Assembly (NCBI GenBank): GCA_964035545.1
Contig: OZ037771.1
Location: 14,135,133 to 14,199,132 of the forward strand
Direction: 5' to 3'
DNA from: Bugula neritina
Taxonomy: Eukaryota; Animalia; Bryozoa
Length of the DNA stretch: 64,000 bases
Every line of letters starts with the position of its first letter. Positions within the stretch are counted from its first letter, which is position 1. A model generated the notes under the pieces. That model was not told the DNA's origin, searched no databases, and saw only the letters and a list, made by a program, of their open reading frames with translations. Positions 43,106 to 64,000 of the stretch are shown here, in pieces. Made by a program: the position numbers and the translations under genes.

Positions 43106-45282
43106 GTCTACTTTATTTGAGAAAATATTAAAAATACTTTTGAAACTTCATCTAGCCAACCAATACAACAGTTTCATTTTATTAAAAAATATCATTTGCC
43201 CAAAATGTATTATGTAATCGAACAATTTCTAGAAAAAAGTGCTTTCCTCCAGTTTTGCTAATGAATTACATATTTCATTACATGCTTGTCTTTATAATTT
43301 TATTAATTGTTTTTTCTGGTGAGTCAATTAAAGTCAATTCAACCTAGAAAAGTCTGAATTTCAGACTTAATTTCAAGCTAGAATATTCACATTTTTAGGT
43401 CTGCGTTTGCAAACATTGTTGTGTTACTTTACTTTTTATATTTTTTGAAATAAATATCTTTTTAGCTTGTGCCTATTCATGGTTAGAATAGTATAATAAT
43501 ATTTAACTTTTCTTCAATTCTTCAATATTCTTTAGGTAATATTTTGACCTATGGTAAACGCAATAATTATAACTTTTTAAAGATGCTTGTGAACCTAACA
43601 ATATAGCATAACTATCAAACCACATTATTTATTCAATATATGCATAAAATTTAGCCGATAATCTGCCACCCAATGAGCTCGAAAAGATATTAGAATTCTA
43701 GCTCAGTGCTGCCATCAATGTAGATATTTATAATGATATAAAGCCAAAACTCATTATTTATAATGATATAAAGCCAAAACTCATTTTTTCATGAAATTAT
43801 CTAACCATTCCTGACAAAGAATAGAGATAATAACTCCAAAGTTGGTCAGTTGAAACCACAGCAATAATACTTTAATCTTTATAATTGTCAGGTTTAATTT
43901 TATACCAAGCCCCAATAAGTACATATCACTATGACAACACAGCCTAAGCACCTCCAATGCAAGAAATTTAGTATTGTGGTGCTACAAATCCTCCAGTTAC
44001 AAATGGGTAGAGCTTTCATGATTATTGGTCTACCATAATGTTTATTTAGTTTTAAGGACTAGCATAGATGCTATTATATGTGGGAGGTATTTGAAAAGCT
44101 TCCAACTCCATCTTCAACTACGGGCTATTATAATTATGCCGATAAACGAGATACTACACTCAGACTGCCCTGTTATAGTACTGTGATTGGCTACTGCAAA
44201 ATTTTTGCCAATAGACAACATTTAATTATGATGTAATGTATCTCGTATTGGTACATAAGTGTTATGTCTGAGGACGAGATACTGTGAAATTATGCCCTGA
44301 CTTAGGTCTGTGATGTAGTGTGGGTGAGTCGTGTAGCTTTCACATAGTAAAATGTGCAGCAGTCAGGGCTGTTGAAATATGAAACAACTTATACCAGAAG
44401 CAGATGTTGTTCTGATGCAAGAGAACTGACAAACTATAACCAGAGTTCTAACCTTTTTATAAGGAGAAGTCTTTATTCCCCCCTTAATCTATTCAACAAG
44501 TTTAAATATTCAAATAAAACCTACTTCTAGTTTTTTATGCTAAAAAGATTCTTTGAAACGTAAGGCTTGCTATAAAATGCTATGAACAGAATTATATGCA
44601 GTTCAATTATATAATAATCATCTCTTTGTTCACTCAGGCTACCCCAGGCTTTGTGGTTAGGAAAACTTGGGTTTGTAGATTGTTTGCTGCTATAGACTTG
44701 TTGCTATGTACCTCATGTATGTTTGTTTGTATAAGGTAAAGTGACACAATATGATGTTAAATTTGCCCAGACTTCAATTCTCAACAAACTCAAACCTCTT
44801 CTTAATGAGATGTCTTTATTCTCTCCCCCTGACTTTTTGCTGCCTTTCCAAATATTCAAATATAAAACAGATTTTTATTTTTTTCAGCTGAAAAGGATAC
44901 ATTTAGAAATAAAAGGCCTGCCATAATATACTATATTAATCTGCACTACAATTCAATTATATATAATTTATTACAATAATATAAAATTATATACTACGTA
45001 TTAAATTATTATATTCATGAAAAACAAAAGAATTGAAACAGACTGATGTTATATATTCATGGAATAAAAACTTGCCGTAAGATAGGTGAATTTTAAACTA
45101 CGCTGCCGAATTTTATTTTCTAGCAGTCTCAAAAATTTCTATTAAGTAGATAATATTCTAAACAGATATGGCTCTTAATAAAAGCATAGAAATTACTTGC
45201 ATATATCATAAAAATAAGATAACTCTAATTATGTTCAACACATCTTTCTGATGGTGACTAATAACATATGCTAGTGGGTTGA

Positions 45283-45317
45283 TATAAAGCATGTAACCTT
45301 GCTAGATAGACTTCATT
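45283..45317 (+). promoter_or_regulatory. TATA box + initiator of paralog 3
   Basis: TATAAA at 45283, TCATT with A at 45315. Upstream 44308-45358 is homologous to 8174-9192. Confidence 0.5.
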
Positions 45318-45358
45318 TGTGGAAAACTTTTAACTCAGGTGGACGTTACACAGAAAAG

Positions 45359-57103
<11,745 letters not shown>

Positions 57104-57409
57104 ATTGCTGACCAATCAGCAGCAAGGACACATTCACATTGTTTGTTGTCTAACTAAAAGCTACCACAAGCTACATGGAACTAGATTGCTAAGCCATGAT
57201 AGCTTACATCCAAATCATCTATAATCATGAATGTCTAATTCTATGTGATTTATTAACTTTGTGTGTTGAAATGTTTCTGATTAAAAATTTGATTTTGCAG
57301 TGAAAACTTTTTGCCTTGTTTTGTAGTCTTAACTTTCACCTAGTAAATTCATTAGAGTGAAAACTATAAGTATTGACACATTTGTTTTCAGCAGATAGAT
57401 ACTTGCATG

Positions 57410-58750
57410 CATCATATTGAGTTTATAAACACACTTAATAGTGAAACTATATAATGTTGTATATCATGACTGAACACTGAAGATAATATTCCATAACTCA
57501 TGCTATATGGAGTTGTAACATGTGTTCTATAATCACATAGTATTCTAATATCAAGTAGTACACATTTGGAGTATACAATGGGGTTAAAGTTCGCATGGTA
57601 TAAATGGCAGGGTGAATTTATATGTGCAGGTAATTGCATAGTACAAAAGGAAAATTGTGAGAGGTTTTTTATATGATGTTTGGTAAAATGACACAAGTCA
57701 AATTATAGCTGCACTGGTTAATTGGCACAATAGAAATAGTAAGGGTAAATTTGCACAGGTAATAATTATTTGCATATTTAAAAAAATTTTAATAATGTGA
57801 TTTGGGGTTGGAGTTGGAAGTATATTATAGGGAGGGGTTTGAGGGTTTGGGGTTTGAAGGTTTGAAAGCTATAGGATTTGGGGTTATGTGGTTAGGAGTA
57901 TAGTGGTTTGGGTTTGTTGTAGAGGGTTAGAGTCTAGAGGTGAGGTTTGGGGCTTGGGTTTGGAGGTTTGAAGATCATAAGATTTGGGGTTTAGGGTTTA
58001 GGGGTTTGGGGTTTGGGCCCTCATTTGGAGTTTGGCAAACTGGTGGGCTAGGAGTAAAGGGTTTGGATACATGGGATCGGAGGCTGAAGATTTGGTTCTG
58101 GGCAAGACTAAAGTAAGTGTCCCATTTTGCTTACTTTTTCATTTGTGAAGGTAATATATTACTTGTGCTCTTTAATTGTACCTCTGCAAACTGTCCTATG
58201 TATTATGTTTGCAATTCATTAAATGGATGGTGAGGTAAAGAAGATAGTATTTTAAACAACCAGCTGTGAAAGTCCAGGTGTCTATTTTGTACGTCAGCAG
58301 TATATTATGACAGCTATTATACCCTCTGGAAAGTTACTATATATATATAGTTATACTATGAGTTTAGATAAAACTGACTGACGCAGTCTCTGATACACAT
58401 CTGTTTATTATCTCAACACTTGAAGACTTAGAGTTAGTCTGTAATGGACAATATTTATTATTCAGTAGTGGAAAACTACTCTAGATTTAACCTACATGGT
58501 GTTTGTTTTACTGTAGGTAAAAGTGCATGCATGTAATATATGGCACAGGCATCACCTTGGAACAAATGAAAAGTTAAATAAAATGGGACTCTGATGGTAT
58601 TTTTGCCCAAAATCAAACCCCAAACCAAAAACCCCACCTTAACTCCAAACTGCCTTACACCTAACGTGAACCCACAACCCAACCCTCCCAAACCACAAAC
58701 CCCAAACCCCTTCAACTCCAAACCACAAGTTTGAAAATGTGGCGCATTTG
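57410..58750. repeat. Composite repeat unit downstream of paralog 3, with internal inversion 57657-58750
   Basis: Linker module present as reverse complement at ~58250-58438. Confidence 0.75.
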
Positions 58751-59202
58751 GTTAATTGTGTAAGTGTATCAAATAATAAGTGTATAAAATTGTAAGTGTA
58801 TTAAACAGTAAGTATGTTGCAAACAGGGAGTAAATAATTGATTGTGATATTATAGCACCTATTTTATTATATTATGATGTATAAACATGTTAACATATAT
58901 GCATAACTCATTTCATTTAATGCACGCAATTATATTGAATGATCCTATAATTAACACTTGTTTAAGTAAAGAATAAAATTGGTGCTATTAACTAATGTAA
59001 GTTAAAAAATGAAATGGTGATAGGGGCATTATGTTGTGTATTGTTAGAGTTGCCTCCCTTCCTAAGCTGTTCATTTCAAGTTGAAATTGTTAGCATTATT
59101 CACAGGTAAATTTAGTTGTATATGTAAATGAGAAAGTTTAGAGAAACTCATGTGTTAAAGATAAATGCTACATAATATATATATATATATATATATATAT
59201 TT

Positions 59203-59800
59203 AAATATATCTTTACGAGCTAGCAATTTGATTATAAATAAGTATACGAGAAACATTGTTGATTTATTACTTTATTAGGCAAAGTAATTATACTGATATT
59301 TCGGGTACCACTGTACCCATCTTCAGAATAGCAATTAATAAAATTCAAAAATTATTACGTTAGGCTAGACACTATGCATGACACAAAGAATAGAGAGTGG
59401 CAGTTATTGTAAATTATTGAAACAGAGGGAGATAATCTTATTTATATATTACGCATGTAAAAAATTATACTAATTTTTTGCATAAAAAATAAATTAGAAT
59501 TGACAAAAAAAATATCCAAATATAAAAACAACAAGGATTAGTGAAATTATGTGAGAGTTGAGTAGTGTGGAGCTCATTGGTATAATTTTAGTGGTATGGA
59601 GTAATTTTGTTTATTAATTTGAGGTTTAATGTAGAGAGCTTCGGCTACTTTTCAATGGTGGATTCCTTTAAATGAATGGTTTAGAACTATTACATTGTCT
59701 ATATTGATATGTTTCTGTGATTTGTGGTGGAGATGTGTTGATGAATTTTGGAATTGATGTCATGGCAGTGTTCATGTATCCTGTGTGATAGACGACGTCC
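59203..59800 (-). mobile_element. Second copy of the Penelope-like 3' fragment (with hammerhead-like motif at 59287-59335)
   Basis: Reverse complement of ~52670-53280. Starts at a (TA)n tract. Confidence 0.8.
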
Positions 59801-60013
59801 CCCTCCCCGGAGGCCTGTTGGACAGCCCTGTTTTAGTTTCTGCTGTTTGTCTAGATTTATGGCGCAATTAATGCTGGTATAGGTTATGAGCCTTAAAGAT
59901 TCTTATACAATCAAAGCCAACAAGTTCACACCAACAACTCTTTTCCTAGTACATTATTCAATCTGAAGCTACGGGCCAACCAGCAACTTGCTTAGTTGAT
60001 CGAGGTCAACAAG

Positions 60014-60787
<774 letters not shown>

Positions 60788-61602
60788 ATATATATATATA
60801 TTACACATGCCAAATATTTACTGCAAATTTCAAAAATAGCATAAGTTAAGAAGTATTACCGTGCCTATTTGAATCCAATTTACTATACTAGTCTTACATT
60901 TATAGCAACTGTAACGTATTTTGTATAAAATGGTTATTGCAAGCATTATTCAATTCATATTCACATTGTAATCACAGCGCAGCTTAAACTTTATAGCTCC
61001 CTACTTACGTGCATGATTGAATTTTAATTTTTTTTAATTTTACGTGCATTAAAAATGTGTTTTAAAACTTTACCAATAAACAAAGCTAAAAAAATGTACA
61101 CATAAAATAAAAAAATAAAATAAAATAACAAAGGTGGCAAAATTTTTCCTTTATAACTTATATAAACTCGCGGTACCAATTGCGGCTTAATGACTTTTCA
61201 TGCTTTAAAGTCAACACTCCTATATATACCACTTTGGTTAGGGCATTCTCACTGAGAATATCATAAAGTTCGCTCACAATTTAGTTTAAGTTCTTGTTAT
61301 GTTAATGCTATGTGGGTGGCATGCGTGTTGTATACTTGTGATTGTTTAGCCTGAGATTACAGTATGAATAATAAGCAGCTATCAACATTCCATCCTCTCA
61401 TCTCTACGTATTCACTGAAGTGTGAAGTGCTGTGCGTTAGTGATTACTAAGGAAAAAATATTGTATTTTCATATTTTCATTCACAGATTTGTAGAAAATT
61501 TATGAAGGCCATTGAAAAGATAAAAAAAATGCTATGCATAAATTTCTCAGGTTTCCGACAGTGTTTGTTCTATTCGAATACCATGCTTTCCTGCTGAGAT
61601 AT

Positions 61603-64000
61603 TGTCATGGCTCGTGGAGCTACGATCATTACGAAAAAAGGGGAACTATTAATTCTCTTCTAAGTGCAGCACGGAGTCACTAAGTGTATTGAGAAGATGA
61701 CCCGAGACAGCAATCCGCCAATAGGAATCATGAACTATAATTAGGAACTGTGACTTCCCGCATAACAGTTAGTTAGGAATAGACTGGCAAACTGTAAACA
61801 CTTTGCTGAGTAGTTGCTAATGTGTTTGATAGATGTAGTTTTTGGATTGTGTATTATTGTACAAATATATTATTGTAACCTGAACCTTACTTGCGGAATT
61901 AATCTAGCTTACAGGTTATGAAGTAACTTGATTGCACACTAAAACCAACAATAGTGAAAAAGATAACAGTGGTCGCAGCGGTGGGATAGTTGTGTATATC
62001 AAAAATGGAGACGGACGATGCTGGGACACCACCACAGCCGATAGAAGGTGAGCGTGGAGATAATGTTGTTTCTGTAAATCCTGTAGTAGAAGAGCGAAGA
62101 TCGATACCGGTTGAAGGCACCCACTTTCACGGGTGAAGAAGAAGTGGAACAGTTCATGCAGGAGTTTAGTGACGTGATGGAGGTCACCCAATGGCCACCT
62201 AGGGTGGCCCTGCTAAAGCTTAGGATGTCGTTGATGGATACGGCCAAGCCCTATGGGTTAGGACCGCATATCGACAGTATCTTTGCGGGCCTGTTTTGGC
62301 ATCTTTGCCATAGACGCCCGGGCCCGACTACAAAGGCTGCGACGTGATCCTCACACCCCGCTACAAGAACATGCCGCCACGGTGATGAAGCTGGCGCAGA
62401 TTGCGTCTAGTGTTCTACCTCAAGCTAACCGTGAACGGTATACTTTTGACGCCTTTGTGCAATCTATTAACGACTTGGGACTCCATCACCAATTTTTGGC
62501 CAGGGGAGTTACCACAGTCGAAGGCGTCCTCACAGAAGGGGAGGCCTATCTTCTGGCAAACCAGATGCATGAGAACCGCGGAGTTTCCCGCCAGGTGGAA
62601 GTAGAGTCAGCGGTCGCTCTAGCCGATCCAGAAGCGGAGCCCTCTGTGACCGCTGCCGTGGGATAGTTAACTGCCTCATTAAAAGTCGCACAACTGACTG
62701 ACATGTTGGCTAAACTGGTCACAGCACTGACACACAAAACCCCGGTAGGCACCGCCTGCGCGCCTCCGTGGCCGCTGGCGCCACCACCAGGGGAAACAGT
62801 CAGTTTTTGCTGGGAATGTGGAAATTCAGGAAATTTCCGTAGATACTGCCCCTTTCTTGTTCCGGGGTTAAACTACCGCGGCCCACAGATGTCCCCGCCT
62901 CCTGCGGGCCGGCGATGAATCTTCCAGGGAAGAAGAAACGCAGGTCACCCAGACGGGTACCGCGTACCAACAACCAGGAGTGGCATACACCACGGAGAGC
63001 AGGTAAGGGGCACCGCCCCGCTGTTACCTTCTCTATGCCACTCCACAATAGGTTTGACGGGCTACCAACCCAAGAATCGGAGTGGGGACCAGTACAGGTG
63101 CCAGAAGACACACCTCCCCCTCCGAGGTCACCCCGCAACCGTCCCAAACGACTACCTCTCCGACCCACAGCGAGAGAGGTGCTCCCTGCAAGAGTACGGC
63201 ACAAAGAGAGAGTACGGATGCAGCCCCATGGGAACAGCTATATCTTACTCGGCAAGATAGCGGGTAAAGCAGCTACCTTCCTGCTCGATTCGGGCTGCAC
63301 CACGAACCTCATAAGTTGCCAACTCTTCGCCACCCCCTGAGCGCTAGGGTCCAGGACGAGATGGAACCATACGATGGGGAGTATGGCACCCTGGCAGACA
63401 GGTCGTGCAGTCCCTTCTATGGTATAATTGAGCTAACGGGACGTGTCCGAGATCAAGCTATCCAGGAGACGTTTATCGTCAGTCAGCTGAAAGAAGATGC
63501 TATCCTCGGAATGCCGTTTTTGAAACGGCACGGATGTCACATTGACTTCAGTAAGTCTGCAATGGTGATGTCCGGGTGAGAACTAGCCTACGTCGACAAC
63601 TTTGGCCGTCTTCTAGTGGGAGGTGTGCAGGTAGTACGGAACTGTACAATACCAGGCCGCTCCGGGGCTACTATATACTGCAGGGTGAACAATAGCCAGA
63701 TCTCCGGATTGGGGGTGGTGAAAGGTGCGCACCATAGAATCCAACTCGCAAGCAGCCTGAATCAGCTGACTGCGCGAGGAGAGATCTTGGTGCAGTGCGT
63801 CAACCCCTTCACGGAGTCGGTAAAGCTACCGGCATGGTTCATTCTGGGCCGTTTCCACTCTGTCCAGGAAGAGGACGTGGGACCGTCCTTGGGAGATGCG
63901 GCGGATTGCCCCCCACAGCGCCCGCCAAAAGGGCGGGGGACCGTCCCGCCGCACATCAAAAAGTTGTATGAGACAGCCTGTGGTGGCTGTGCGAGCAATG
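61603..64000 (+). mobile_element. Ty3/Gypsy LTR retrotransposon, 5' part (LTR 61603-61968, PBS, decayed gag-protease)
   Basis: TG...CA LTR, then PBS. gag with zinc knuckle CWECGNSGNFRRYC; aspartic protease FLLDSGCTTNLI and DAILGMPFL. Stops and frameshifts. Interrupts the dispersed repeat ending at 61602. Confidence 0.88.
61970..61987 (+). promoter_or_regulatory. Primer binding site, tRNA-Leu type
   Basis: TGGTCGCAGCGGTGGGAT, one mismatch to the TGGTGGCAGCGGTGGGAT expected for metazoan tRNA-Leu(AAG/TAG) 3' ends. Confidence 0.7.

Larger units (their letters stand above)
20421..44299. mobile_element. Giant (23,879 bp) insertion with 8-bp TSD; putative non-autonomous DNA transposon (Zisupton/KDZ- or hAT-like)
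   Basis: ACTTAGGT at 20413-20420 and 44300-44307; uninterrupted paralogous site at 8166-8173. Ends cagtatatattttc / revcomp cagggcataatttc. Motif agtatctcgt near both ends. Confidence 0.7.

Noticed and set aside
43725-43785. 28-bp tandem duplication (tatttataatgatataaagccaaaactcat)
   Set aside because: Simple local duplication with no further structure.
61899-63998. Minus-strand and overlapping ORFs in the GC-rich end
   Set aside because: Shadows of Gypsy gag/pol in GC-rich sequence.

Overview
AT-rich metazoan (invertebrate) genomic DNA, not prokaryotic. The window holds a tandem array of three paralogous multi-exon genes on the + strand: copy 1 at <1-3663 (5' truncated by the window), copy 2 at 9193-13433 and copy 3 at 45359-57103. 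Each encodes a predicted secreted protein: signal peptide, NHL-type beta-propeller on one 854-nt exon, HYR-like exon and Cys-containing tail. The paralogs differ mostly by amino-acid-changing substitutions clustered in predicted ligand-face loops of the propeller. Copy 2 has lost the HYR-like exon in frame, and copy 1 has a +1 frameshift in the tail. Each gene is followed by a variable-copy ~1.5-1.7 kb composite repeat built from foldback-like MITEs. Copies 2 and 3 are separated by a 23.9 kb insertion (20421-44299) with a perfect 8-bp target-site duplication, CAG...CTG ends and shared subterminal motifs; the empty site is visible at 8166. It looks like a giant non-autonomous DNA transposon (Zisupton/KDZ- or hAT-like). 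It carries decayed exons and nested elements: an R4/Dong retroelement split by a Sola-like element, a piggyBac-like MITE and another MITE. Intron 1 of copy 3 has grown from 110 bp to ~8 kb through insertions into (TA)n: a hAT-like element containing a LINE, and a Penelope fragment with hammerhead-like motifs. The window ends in a decayed Gypsy LTR element. Gene models and counts were made by hand; no database searches were run.
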